A stretch of 64,000 nt of DNA from Pelagomonas calceolata. Its lineage: Eukaryota. This document shows positions 11,260 through 22,084 of this stretch, in pieces. The DNA lies in assembly GCA_918797485.1 (NCBI GenBank), contig CAKKNE010000001.1, positions 186,001 through 250,000 of the forward strand. The letters are read 5' to 3'. The first letter of the stretch is position 1, and every line of letters starts with the position of its first letter. A program made the translations under genes and the position numbers. Below the pieces are notes generated by a model that was not told where the DNA came from, did no database searches, and was given only the letters and a program-made list of their open reading frames with translations.

Positions 11260-12034
11260 TTTCGTTTCGTCGGCTCTCTGCGTCTGTCTGTCTGTCTGTC
11301 TATCTGTAGGGACCTGCGTGGATGACGACGGTGAGCGTTTCCGCTACGGCGTGCTTTCTCTCACAGCCTCTCAGCTGCTGTCGACGGCGTGCCCGTGCTC
11401 CGTCGCTCGCGCTCGTGGCGGTGCGGCGGGGGGCAACAGTGAGACTCGCTGCCGAGTCCCTCGTGCTCCGCGTGGCTACGCAGCTGTCAGAGACTGGAGA
11501 TTGACTCCCCAGCTCTGGGCTCCTCGCGCGCCGCGCAGGCACGCGCTTGCCCTCAAAGCTAAGCTTCAGCGACTCGCCAGAGCCGAGCGCCGCGCGGCAG
11601 CCAGCGGTCCCAGAGCGTCCCAGGCGACTCGTAGACAGCCCGTCTCTCGTTTCAGGTCTACACAGGCGCGTACAGTGAGTCAAATGAGCAAAATCGCGAG
11701 TTGGGCGAGCTTTGCTTGCGTAAAGACACTAGCGAATTTTGAGTCGTCCCGAGCCCCTCAACCCCTCAACCCCACGGCCCGAAGCCACACGCCGTCAAAA
11801 GACGCCGGCGGACGCGGCCGTCGAGCGCACTTGGAACTGCAGCGGCTGATCAGCTGATGTCAAAGATGTCCGTGCGGCACGCCACCGCCGCGCCCTGGCG
11901 GGAAGCCATGGTACTTAGAGCAGTGCGGTGATCCATCGTTAAAGCGGAGGGCAGCGCTCAACAGCCCAGGCCGCCGTCAACCAGAGTGAGGCCCAGGCGC
12001 TGCGTGAGGGCAGCGCCGCCGCCGCGTCGGCGCC

Positions 12035-13117
12035 ATGGGCAACGGCGCCTCGCTCGACCTCGACCCGAACATTAGTGAGGAGAAGCTCCAGAAGATTGCG
12101 CGAGTGTGGGAGCTGTTCTTCGAGAACGCGCAAAAACGCGTCGCCGCGCGGGAAGCCTGGTTAGCAGACCCCGTTGGTTTTAACACGCACTATAACAAAG
12201 TCGTGACGTCGCCCAAGAATGCCAACAGGAGGCAGGCGCCTCCCTACAGTCCGGGGCCCCGGAAGGAGTGGCGCTCCAAAGTCTTGGACGACGACGTTCC
12301 TTCAGCTAGAAGCCCTTCTGTGAGACGAGAGAAGACGCCCTCGCCTCCAAAGACGCCCGTCCAACAGTATACGGTCGAATGGGACCCGAAACAAAATGCC
12401 GTGTTCTACGAGCCGCATAGCTACAAGGGTCCCGCGCGCTGGAAGCTACCGGCCAATGCGGAGATTGTCGGAGATCGCACAGCGGGCTGGACGCGGTGCT
12501 GGGACGATTCTAATAAAGCACATTTCTACCGCCCGCCCAACGGTGGCACGGCCTGCTGGAACGCGCCTTCTGCTCTTAAAAAAGCATTGGATGAAGCGGA
12601 ATTTACCGAGCATTTTGACCCTGAAAGTGGGAGGACCTATGTCTTGTCACGAATCACGGGCAAGACGGAGTGGGTTACCAGCAGTTTGTTTGATGCCCAG
12701 CCGCGGTGGTGTCGCGTCGTCAACGAGAGAGGTAAAAGGTGGTTCGAAGACGAGACTACTGGACATATCTCGCGAGAACCCCCTCCAGGTGTATACGAGT
12801 CGGACTGGGTGCGCGTCGCGGCCAAGCCGCCTTATTACTTGCATGAGCCGACTTCCTTTGTCTGCTGGAACCGGCCGTGGATTCGAGCACGGAAGCGCTT
12901 CGTGCGAGTGGGAAGTTGTCGGTCCGCCGGTAGTACGGAGTCGACGTCGGACGACTACTTCTACAAAGATTTAGCGACAGGACAAACCCAGTGGGACGCG
13001 CCCGAGGACGTCTTGTGCCGGGGCTGGGTCGAGTGCTGCACGGACGATCCCGTCGACCCGCCGTTCTACTACGAGCGGAAGAGTGGGCGGAGCGTGTGGG
13101 TGCCGCCGTGGGCGTAA
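12035..13117 (+). CDS. Multiple WW-domain protein with N-myristoylation motif
   Basis: MGNGAS N-terminus and repeated W..(Y/F)Y....G...W..P modules (e.g. YFYKDLATGQTQWDAP, FYYERKSGRSVWVPP). Confidence 0.8.
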   Translation: MGNGASLDLDPNISEEKLQKIARVWELFFENAQKRVAAREAWLADPVGFNTHYNKVVTSPKNANRRQAPPYSPGPRKEWRSKVLDDDVPSARSPSVRREKTPSPPKTPVQQYTVEWDPKQNAVFYEPHSYKGPARWKLPANAEIVGDRTAGWTRCWDDSNKAHFYRPPNGGTACWNAPSALKKALDEAEFTEHFDPESGRTYVLSRITGKTEWVTSSLFDAQPRWCRVVNERGKRWFEDETTGHISREPPPGVYESDWVRVAAKPPYYLHEPTSFVCWNRPWIRARKRFVRVGSCRSAGSTESTSDDYFYKDLATGQTQWDAPEDVLCRGWVECCTDDPVDPPFYYERKSGRSVWVPPWA

Positions 13118-13159
13118 GGAGGAGTTTTGTAGTCGTCGCGTCGATGGCGTTATTCTTAG

Positions 13160-14926
13160 TCAAAAGTAGGGCGCGGGCCGCCGCGCCGCGGGCCGCGCCA
13201 CGGGCCGCGACGGCCGCGCGGGCGCCATCGCCGCGGCCGCGGCGGCGGCAAACGGGTCCATCGGCTTCCAGAAGCGCGCCGGCGTCGGCTTGAGCGCGGC
13301 GAGTTGCCTCCGCGTTTTGCTACCCCGCATCACGGATTGGATTTTCGCCGCCGCGCCCCCCGGGAGGACGTCTCCGGGCCGGGTCGGCCGGCGCCGCAGG
13401 CCCGCCGGCCGCTGCGGCCGGACGCGCACGTGCGGATAGCTCGCGCGGACCGCGGCCTCGCGCGCGGCGAGCGCGCGCGCCGCGGCGTTGCTGTTAACAG
13501 GCCGCTGCGGCCTTTGGGGAGACTTCTGCGGCGAGGCGCTCCCGTCGTCGTTCACGTCGCGCAGCGCCCCGCGGATCACCTTCGCGGCGGGGCCCCGCGG
13601 CTTGATCGGCGGCGAGCCCGCCGGCGCGGGCGGCGCCGCCGGCGCGAGGCGCGCCGGGAACGCGGGGGCCAGGGCGCGCGCCGCCGCTGCAGCACTTACA
13701 ACGGGCTTCGCGCGGCGGCCGCGCCGGCTCCGGCATCTTTTTTCATGACGCTCCAGCGACGAGTCGCGCAGGTGCTCGTCGCGCGGCGCCGCCCTTCTGG
13801 CAATCTCGGCCCGGCGCGCGTCCAGCGCCGCCGACTTCTTTTCAAGCATTTTGCGCCGCTCGGCCCACGTCGGCGACGGCGCGTCCTCCGCGGCGGGCGC
13901 GGCGGGCGCTTGCGGCGCGGCGGCCGCTTTGCTCTGCTCGATCTTCCGGCCGAAGTCCAATAAAGCTTTTTTCCGCGGGTCCGGAAATTGTTTTTTCTCC
14001 TCCCACGCGATCGGCGACCGCGGCTCGTCGTACTGCGCTTCTGGCAATACTTTGCCGATCAATTGCCGGTTATTCGGTACCTTGATAGTTTTCAACAGTG
14101 AGACATCGGTCGCGACCGAATCCTGTGGAGAGACAGTTGACCCAAGCACTTGAGCTAACTTTTGGGCGGACGGTCGTCGTTGTGGACTTACACATAAAGA
14201 AACACCAACAACATCGTCGCGCAGCTCCTTGGAATAGGTACGAGGTAGAGCATCAAATTTTCCAGATTTCACGACCCGACCCAAGCCCGGCAACGACCGA
14301 GCCACGAAGGGCGGCCGCAAGGCACACAACTCATACGCCGTACATCCCAGGGCCCAGACGTCCGCCGACCACGTGTAGGGCCGGTCGTCCCAGACCTCGG
14401 GCGCCATATAATAAGGCGTGCCGATCTTCGTCTTCATGAGACACTGGTTCTTCTTGAGGACTTTCGAGACGTTGAAGTCGCCCAGCCTTACGATGTCGTT
14501 GTCAGCGATGAAGCAGTTCGCCGGCTTCAAATCGCGGTGCACGATGCCATGGCTGTGGAGACATTGTAGACCGCTCGCGATGCCCCGGAGCCAGCTTCGT
14601 ATTTGACCTTCGTCAATCAATCTTCTTCCCCGTTTCGCTCGGTCGATTCGTTGCGACAGGTCACCTCGTTCGCAGAAGTCAATAATAACCACTAGCTCAC
14701 TACTTTCGCAGAACGCCTCCAAGAAGCCACAAACGTTCGCGTGTTTGACCGACGCTAACACGCGCACCTCGTTCAAGGCGTCGGCGACCTCCACATCGGG
14801 CATATTGGACAGTTTGACGCGCTTCATCGCGTAGAGCTGCTTGTCTTCATGGCGCCGTACTTTGTAGACCGTACCGAACGTGCCCTTGCCGAGCTTGTGT
14901 AATATCGCAAAGTCGCGGAGGGGCAT
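13160..14926 (-). CDS. NIMA-related (NEK) Ser/Thr kinase with C-terminal IQ-like motif
   Basis: LGKGTFG, YAMKRV, ALNEVRVLAS, HRDLKPAN, LGDFNVSK, IGTPYYMAPEVW; AAAKIQSVMRG near the C-terminus. Confidence 0.92.
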   Translation of the reverse strand: MPLRDFAILHKLGKGTFGTVYKVRRHEDKQLYAMKRVKLSNMPDVEVADALNEVRVLASVKHANVCGFLEAFCESSELVVIIDFCERGDLSQRIDRAKRGRRLIDEGQIRSWLRGIASGLQCLHSHGIVHRDLKPANCFIADNDIVRLGDFNVSKVLKKNQCLMKTKIGTPYYMAPEVWDDRPYTWSADVWALGCTAYELCALRPPFVARSLPGLGRVVKSGKFDALPRTYSKELRDDVVGVSLCVSPQRRPSAQKLAQVLGSTVSPQDSVATDVSLLKTIKVPNNRQLIGKVLPEAQYDEPRSPIAWEEKKQFPDPRKKALLDFGRKIEQSKAAAAPQAPAAPAAEDAPSPTWAERRKMLEKKSAALDARRAEIARRAAPRDEHLRDSSLERHEKRCRSRRGRRAKPVVSAAAAARALAPAFPARLAPAAPPAPAGSPPIKPRGPAAKVIRGALRDVNDDGSASPQKSPQRPQRPVNSNAAARALAAREAAVRASYPHVRVRPQRPAGLRRRPTRPGDVLPGGAAAKIQSVMRGSKTRRQLAALKPTPARFWKPMDPFAAAAAAAMAPARPSRPVARPAARRPAPYF

Positions 14927-15302
14927 CTTGGTACGCTGCGTCTGCTCGATGGCGTGGAGGTGGTGAGCAGTGCTCGTGGGCCCGGTTGGGACGCAGCCCT
15001 TTCGTGCGATGGAGTAGCGCGGGGGCCGGGGCTGCTGTCGCGCTGCTTTGGTGTGATGAGTGCACTGTGTCGGCCTCGCGCAACGCGTTTTGCGCAGCGC
15101 CGCCCAAACGACCCAGCAAAAGCGAGCCGATAACGAGACCCGCGCGAACGAGACGCGGAATCAGGGGCGTCGGGGCCACAGGCTTACGCCTAGGAGCGGT
15201 CCCGTGGCAATTTGCAGGAATCCTTACCCTCGGGCCGGGCGCGCTCGCGAACCGCCACGGGACTAGCACTCTCGAGTCTTACTACCCGGCACGCCGTCGA
15301 CG

Positions 15303-16400
15303 CTAGGGGTAGCGCCGCCTGGCTCTATGAGGCGTAGCGCGCTTGCAGACGACGGCGCCGGCCCGTTCCACCGTGACGGTGGGCGACCCGGGCGTGTAGT
15401 GGTGCCGCACGCGCTGTGGATGGAAGGTCTCGGCGTGCGGCTTGATGGCGGGCGGCAGCTTCTTGGGGTTCACGTTCGACTTTATGGTCGACACGGAGCC
15501 GTCGGCGAGGTCCATCTGTGCCTCTCTCGCGCTTCGCACGATGTCGTCATCAGTCCCGAAGCACGTCGGGTCCGTGTAGTGCCGCGCCTTCCAGAGGTAC
15601 TTGCCGACATTCTCGACCTCCTGCTTGTCTCGCTTCAGCAGAGCCTGCTTCTCGTCGTAGGCCCGCTGCCTCACGAGATCCTTCTGCACAAATTTAGCAA
15701 GTTCATAGGCCTCCGAATCGCGAGGCACGCCTACGTGTTTGGCCTGGCGTAGCGCATGGTCCACACTGTCCGCATCCCTACTATCGCAGGCGTCCCTCAG
15801 TAGCTCTTCTGCTTCTCGAATGGCCATTTGTCTATCTCTTTCAGCAGCTTTCTGTCTATAAGCTTCTTTGATGCGTGGAGACGCGTCCCGCTGCATCGCT
15901 TCATGTTCCGTGCCCCAGGTTAGGACTGGCGGGTCCCGATGTAAATCACGGCGATCTTGCGTGGCCGAAATCGCCTCCAATTTGAACCTAGGAGGCGCGT
16001 GCCGCCTCCAGAACCTCGACCGCTCCTTGAGCATGGGATCTTCCTTGGGAGGCTTACGAACAGCGTTCAACGTCGCATCGAACTTCTTCGCGTCCTGCCA
16101 CTTGCCCTGCCTTCTTAAATGCCAGGACAAGATCTCGGCCCGTCGCCGCGGCTTCGAGAAGAGCTTCTGCACGGCGCCAGCCTTGACGACCGGTGCTGAC
16201 TCAACTCTGTGGACTTCCGTCGTGTGTTCATCTAATTCACAATCGGCGTAGCGCTCTCTGTACGCTTGTTCGTCGAAGCCGTCGATGGTCTTGACGAGGG
16301 TCTGCTTGAAGGTCTTGTCGAAGGACTCCGGGTACTGGTCGGCCGCGTCCGCTGGTACCAGTATTCCTGTTGAAACCGGGGCGAAGGCGGCGGCGGCCAT
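15303..16400 (-). CDS. Hypothetical protein
   Basis: Long ORF with charged helical composition; ATG at 16400. Confidence 0.6.
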   Translation of the reverse strand: MAAAAFAPVSTGILVPADAADQYPESFDKTFKQTLVKTIDGFDEQAYRERYADCELDEHTTEVHRVESAPVVKAGAVQKLFSKPRRRAEILSWHLRRQGKWQDAKKFDATLNAVRKPPKEDPMLKERSRFWRRHAPPRFKLEAISATQDRRDLHRDPPVLTWGTEHEAMQRDASPRIKEAYRQKAAERDRQMAIREAEELLRDACDSRDADSVDHALRQAKHVGVPRDSEAYELAKFVQKDLVRQRAYDEKQALLKRDKQEVENVGKYLWKARHYTDPTCFGTDDDIVRSAREAQMDLADGSVSTIKSNVNPKKLPPAIKPHAETFHPQRVRHHYTPGSPTVTVERAGAVVCKRATPHRARRRYP

Positions 16401-16956
16401 GACGACGCGGCGGCGGCGCTCCTGACCAAGCTCTGTCGCTTGCAACGCTGCCCCGGGCGCGCGAACGCAGCCCGTGCGCGACACACGCGGTGGTTTTGGA
16501 GTTCGGGACGCGCCGACGGTGCGTCGACCCGGTCTTGCGCGCGTCTGGGCCTACAACACGTCGCCTCTCACAGTGCGCTGTGCCAGAGGCGCTGCATGCA
16601 GTCAAAATCGCACTAGCCGCGCGCAGGATTGCCTTCTGTGCCTGCGCCACCGACCGGAAGCGCTCTCGCGGCCTCCGACGGCTATTCGCGAAAAACCCGG
16701 CGCCGCATCCAGCTCTCTCCCACGGAGAGGCAAGGCGTATTCACACGCCCGCGCTAGCCGACGCGACAGCAGGAAGCTCGGAATCCCGAGCCGACAGCTG
16801 ACTGCGCAAGGAAACCGTCAGCGAGCGCCCGGTGAGCTCACAGCACGTTATTTTGACACGTGTGGGGTCAGCGCCCGCAGCGACGCGCCGCCAGCGCGTG
16901 AACGGATATCTCAGTCATCAACCGTTATCGTCAGCGCCGCCGAGCCATCCAAAACC

Positions 16957-19393
16957 ATGTCCAGCGGCAAAACGTTCAAAGCGTCGTCGACGCCGTCGCT
17001 CGCATTATTACTGAACCCCCTCGCCTGGTTCATCTGGATCCTGGATTTTGCGATCTGGGTCCTGACCTTCGGCTGGGTGAAAACGATCAAGTTCTACCTC
17101 CAACCTTCCTATTCGGTAGAGGTCGGCCCGGCAGTAAGAAGAAACAGAGCCGCCGTCGACAAGCTCTTCACCTCACCAGTACCGGAAGGAGAAGGCGGCG
17201 GCGCCGTCTTAACGACCCCGAAACTCTTCGCCTGGGCCGCGGCCAAGTACGGCGACGAGAAGGCCATGGGCACGCGGACGTACCTAGGCGAATACAAGGA
17301 GGCCGGCTGGCGCAAAAAAAAAAAAAAAATTCGGAGCGACGACGTGGATGTCCTTCCGCGAGCTCAAGACGAAGGCCGACGCGTTTGGGGCCGCATTAGT
17401 AGCTTCAAGGGCCAAGGGCGGCTGTGCTATGAAGCCCGTGCCGAAGGGTAAAAATGTGGAAGATTTGACCGGTCCTCATACTATCCTGTTATTTGAGGAC
17501 ACGTGCGCGGACTGGATGACGTGTGCGCTCGGAGCTTTGTCGCAGTCTCTCGTCGTGGCTACGTCCTACGCGACGCTCGGAATAGATGCGGTGGGCGAAG
17601 CTATCAAGGCCTCGAACATTACCACGGTCGTGACGAACAGGAAGAACGTGGAAAGAGTCGCGGGACTGAAGAAACAGTGCCCTACCCTACAAACGATTAT
17701 TTATACCGAATTCCACGTCGAGCCGAAAGACCAAGGGAAACCAATCACGGTGCCGAAGGGCCTCACGGCCATTCCCCTCGAGGACTGCTTCGCCTTCGAA
17801 CCGACGAAGGAAGCGGCCGAGCCGACGCCCGACCAGGTCGCCGTGATCATGTACACGTCCGGTTCTACGGGCAAGCCCAAGGGGGTGCTGCTCAAGCACG
17901 AAAGCGTTTTGGCGTCGATTGCTGGGTTGTTAGATGTCCTCGGCAAGGCGGCCACGACGGGAGACTGCTACCTGGGGTATTTACCGCAGTCGCACATTTT
18001 GGAGTTCTGCGCGGAATTAACATGCTTGGCGCTGGGCATGCACATCGGCTACGCGGACCCTAGAACCCTTACGAGCACGGGTGCCGTCCGCGAGCGCCCC
18101 GACGGCTCCATAAATCAAAAGCCCGAGTGGCCGTGCCCGCCCGGCGCGATCCAGGAGTTCCGCCCGACGTTCATGGCCGGCGTGCCCAAGGTCTGGGACA
18201 TCCTGAAGAAGGCGCGGCGCGGCGTCCTCCAGACTTCTCGATGGCGTCGGCCGCCATCACTGTTGTCGGCCCGAACTCGGACACGACCTCCGAGCGACTT
18301 GATTTCCGCACAGGCCATGGAGGACAAGGTGGCCGAGATGTCGCCCGTCAAGAAGTTCATTTTTAATGTTGCTTACGTCGGTCGAGCTACGGCTCTCAGA
18401 CAACATAGAGACGCGCCTCTCCTGAAAGCTCTCGTGTTCAAGAAGCTCGCGAAGATGCTGGGGGGCAAGCTCAAGGCTACGATCTCGGGCGGTGGCGCTA
18501 TTAGTTCCGAAGTGCAGACGTTTGCGCGCGTCGCGTTTTGTGCGCCCGCCGTGCAGGGTTATGCCCTCACGGAGACGTGCTGCTCGGCCACGGTGCAGCC
18601 CGTCGACGACGGCAACATCGACGGGGTGGCCGGCGCTCCCTTGACGTCGATTGAGATTCGTTTAGAATCTTGCGACATTACTGATAGAGACGGCAAGCCT
18701 TATAGATCGACGGACACGTCGCATCTAGGCTCCAAATGCTGCGGCCGCGGCGAGGTGCAGATGCGGGGCACGCCCGTGACCGCAGGGTACTTCAAGCAGC
18801 CCGACAAGACGGCCGAGGTGTTTACCGAGGACGGCTGGTTCCGGTCGGGAGATGTGGGGGTGTGGCGCCCCGACGGCCAGCTGCAGATCGTCGATCGGTT
18901 GAAGAACCTTATTAAGTTGAAGGGCGGCGAGTACATCGCTATTGAAAGTATGGAAAAAGAATATTCGACGTCGTCCTACGTGTCTGGCGTCAACGGGGGC
19001 TTGATGTGTTATGGGGACTCGGACATGGACCGGCCGGTCGCGTTCGTGGTCGCCGACGAGAAGAAGTGCTGCGCCTGGGCTGATAGTAATGGTGTTGAGT
19101 ATGGCACCTTCGCGGACCTTTGTGCGACGCCGGAGATGAATAAAGAGGTCCTATCTTCGTTGATCAAGGCGGGCAAGTCCGGCAAGTTGGGCGCGAACGA
19201 GATCTTGGCTGGTATTTTGTTGTTGCCGGGCACGGGCGCCAAGGACAACGAAACTCCGCAGTTCGAGGATCCCTGGACCCCGGAAAACGGGGCTTTGACG
19301 GCGTCGAACAAGCTCCAGCGCCGCGTCATCAAGCAGGCCTACGGCGAGGCCACGGGCAAGTTCGAGGCGCTCAAGGCCAAGGGCATCCGCTAG
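16957..19393 (+). CDS. Long-chain acyl-CoA synthetase (frameshift at A16 run 17314-17329; GC-AG intron 18212-18313)
   Basis: IMYTSGSTGKPKGV, YLPQSHILE, QGYALTET, GWFRSGDVG, IVDRLKNLIKLKGGEYIA. The N-terminal ORF joins the main ORF if the A run is 15 nt. Confidence 0.92.
18212..18313 (+). other. GC-AG intron, 102 bp, ending in introner-type terminus TGATTTCCGCACAG
   Basis: Removal gives WDILKK|AMEDKV and deletes a low-complexity insertion. The 3' end is nearly identical to the terminus of the 42370-42474 element. Confidence 0.75.
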
Positions 19394-19466
19394 TCATTGA
19401 CGCATGCGCGCCCTCCCCCATGCGCGCCCGGGGCTCCGCTGCTAAGGTTGGAGTCTTACTCATAGT

Positions 19467-19802
19467 TCAGGGTACCGAGGTGTGCATCTCCCCGGGCAGG
19501 GCGACCTTCGACGGCGCGCGGCAGAGCGGGCACGCCACCGAAACGCCGCTGCGGCGGCTCATCGATCGCTGCACTTCGGACTTCGCGTAGGAGCCCGCGC
19601 ACGACGCGCACATCGCGTGGGAGCACTCGAAGACCGTCGCGTCCGCCGACAGCGTCTCGTAACAAATGGGACAGTTCCCCGACGGCGCGACAGGCTTCTT
19701 TGTCCGTCGTGGCGCTGGTGTCGGCGCCGGCTCGGAGCTCTCGGCGTAGGCGGCGTAGAAGCCCCTTTTCGGTCGCTTCCGCGGTTTCGGGCGCGGCGGC
19801 AT
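19467..19802 (-). CDS. Small RING-finger protein
   Basis: CPICYETL..FECSHAMCASC..CPLCRAP. Confidence 0.8.
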   Translation of the reverse strand: MPPRPKPRKRPKRGFYAAYAESSEPAPTPAPRRTKKPVAPSGNCPICYETLSADATVFECSHAMCASCAGSYAKSEVQRSMSRRSGVSVACPLCRAPSKVALPGEMHTSVP

Positions 19803-19992
19803 CGATGGCGGCGCGACGGGCGTGACCCTACAGGACGGTCTCGAGAGCTATTTTACGGCGCGTCGCGACGAAAATAAGTCTCGACCTTCAGAAGCATTAC
19901 CGTGCGCGTGTCCGGTCGCCGCAAGCCGCCCGCCGGACGCTCAGAGGCGGAAACACCCAGAGACTGTTCAGACCTGACCAAAAGGAGATCTC

Positions 19993-20913
19993 ATGCTAAA
20001 CGGTCACGCGCAAGCGGCGCCGGCGCCCGCTGACGGGCTCGCGTCGCGCGTTCGCGTCGGTGCCACGGTTGGCAAGTCATTCCCGGGCTACGGCTACCAC
20101 CGCGGGACCATCATCGAGGTCGGCGCCGACGACGTCGTCGTGCACTGGGAGACGAACGAGCACACGACGCTCTCGCTCAAGGAGGCCTCGCGGCGCGTCA
20201 TCAGCGCCGACCCCACATGCGGAGCGGGCGGCGCGACTCACCCCGCGGCTACGAACGAGCCGGATCCCCCCGCCACGCCCGCCGCCGTGCAAGCGCTCGA
20301 TCCGGCAACGGCGGCGATCCGCGAGGCGTACGCGCGCGAGCAGGCCGCCGCGAAGGCTCGCGAGGAGAGTGCCGGGACGCCCAAGCCCGAGGCCGAGGCG
20401 GCCGACGAATCCGACTCTGATGATGAGTCGCTCAATGCGATGCGGCGCTCGGCGCGCGAACGCCTCGACGCGGCCACGTTCACGACGGGCTCGAAGGTCG
20501 AGGTCACGAGCCCGGGCGGCGTCTGCTGCACGAGCGGGGTCGTCGTCCACGACAACCACCACGGCGTCAGCGTGCGGTTCAAGATCGAAGACGGGGACGG
20601 CGCGATCGTAGTTGTGGACCCGTCCGCGGTTGAAATAATCGAGTACGCGCTGCCGAAGGTCGAGGAAGACGTCCAGTCGGAGGCGCGGCCGGCCATTGTT
20701 GAGCCCCCCAAGGACGACGTGGACACGGCGTCTATCGTTACGCCCGACGACGCCGCCAACAGCTCCATCCTCAAAACGTCGGGCGCACCGGCGGGCAAGC
20801 GGCGACGAGTCTTCGACGACCGCTTGAACGTCGCGCCGCTGGGACCTTTGCCCGCAGAACGGCCTCTGGGACCCTCTGCGCACGAAGTCTGGTTCGGATG
20901 CCCGAAGGACTAA
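19993..20913 (+). CDS. Hypothetical protein, possible Tudor/SH3-like folds
   Basis: VGKSFPGYGYHRGTIIEV..VVHWE resembles a Tudor-like barrel. Confidence 0.55.
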   Translation: MLNGHAQAAPAPADGLASRVRVGATVGKSFPGYGYHRGTIIEVGADDVVVHWETNEHTTLSLKEASRRVISADPTCGAGGATHPAATNEPDPPATPAAVQALDPATAAIREAYAREQAAAKAREESAGTPKPEAEAADESDSDDESLNAMRRSARERLDAATFTTGSKVEVTSPGGVCCTSGVVVHDNHHGVSVRFKIEDGDGAIVVVDPSAVEIIEYALPKVEEDVQSEARPAIVEPPKDDVDTASIVTPDDAANSSILKTSGAPAGKRRRVFDDRLNVAPLGPLPAERPLGPSAHEVWFGCPKD

Positions 20914-20951
20914 GTAGATGACTTGATAACTTAGCCTCGCGCGCGCGACGC

Positions 20952-21650
20952 CTACTTCTTCGATTGCACGATGGAGAAGTAGATCGTCCAGCAGAAGCTG
21001 ACGACGTGGCGGATCGGGATGCGGAGATATAGAGGTACCGAGAAGCAGAGGAGGTCCGCGGGGCCCCAGCACTTCAGTAATGGTGCGAGATCGTTCTCGA
21101 AGTTGTCCGTATAAGTGCCCCAGGATTCGCCGAAGCACGACGCCAAGCCGCAGTCGCCGAAGAAGACGGCCTTGAAGAGGTAGAACGTGGGTAAGTACAC
21201 ACAGGATAAGATGGTCAGGTTCAACGCGATCTGCATCGCCAATTGTATTAAACCTTCCGTGTCCTTGAGCTTCTTCTCCAACGACTGGGAGGTGAATCTC
21301 TCAGTAGCGGTAAAGATGCGCTTGAAGATGTTGACCTGGTACCAGTACTGGAACGCGCCGAGGTACGCGCCGCCGAACGCGAAGAACAACAGGTTGCGCT
21401 TCAGGTCGAAGTCGGACTCGCTGTCCGAGACCTGGGCCATCAAATCGGCGGCCGCCGTCTTGAAGGCGCCAATAATAATACCGTTCGCCGCGGCATTATC
21501 CTTAGCCCACTGGCCGTAGCCGCCGGACGCCTTCTTGCCGCCGCCCAGATCAATGGCTTGCACGGCCTTGACGCCGCTCTTCTTCGCGAGATGCACGGGT
21601 GCTAATTTGGCATGGACCGCCGTGAGGAGCAGCGCTGCGATGAGCTTCAT
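20952..21650 (-). CDS. Mpv17/PMP22 family membrane protein with signal peptide
   Basis: KTAAADLMAQ, DLKRNLLFFAFGGAYLG, WGPADLLCFSVPLYLRIP..VSFCWTIYFS. Confidence 0.85.
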   Translation of the reverse strand: MKLIAALLLTAVHAKLAPVHLAKKSGVKAVQAIDLGGGKKASGGYGQWAKDNAAANGIIIGAFKTAAADLMAQVSDSESDFDLKRNLLFFAFGGAYLGAFQYWYQVNIFKRIFTATERFTSQSLEKKLKDTEGLIQLAMQIALNLTILSCVYLPTFYLFKAVFFGDCGLASCFGESWGTYTDNFENDLAPLLKCWGPADLLCFSVPLYLRIPIRHVVSFCWTIYFSIVQSKK

Positions 21651-22084
21651 GGTGGTGCTGCGGGGTTGCAGGTGTTGTTTGTGCTGTGGCGTCGACGGCG
21701 TGCAGCGCGTTGCAATTATATTGGGTTGAGGATTCAGAGGCGACCTCGAAACCGATGCAGGGTGCAATGGGGTGCTGTTACGCGAGCAGTGCGCGAGCAG
21801 CAACTCTGAGGCTGGGCTAGAGCCTAGACGACACTAGCTTTTTGGGACGTCTGGATCTCTCGCGCGGGCCGAGCGTTGGAAGCAAGACGGATCATAACGG
21901 TCTCTGTGAGCATCTCGTGAGCTCCCTGCATCCCAGCGCCATGCTGCACAGGCGGAGAGCGCCCATAAAACGATGGGGAAACCTAGCCCCCTCTTACAAG
22001 ACATGGTCCATCGCTAAAGCCCGGCGCCCACAACAAGCGACCGACGCAAAAAGGGGCTGCCCACCACTGCCCCCAAAGTAAACC

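Noticed and set aside
11278..11306. (TCTG)n tract upstream of RPL35A
   Set aside because: Ordinary microsatellite.
17314..17329. A16 run shifting the acyl-CoA synthetase frame (programmed frameshift or phase variation?)
   Set aside because: A15 restores RKKKKKFGATTW; a homopolymer length error is the simplest explanation.
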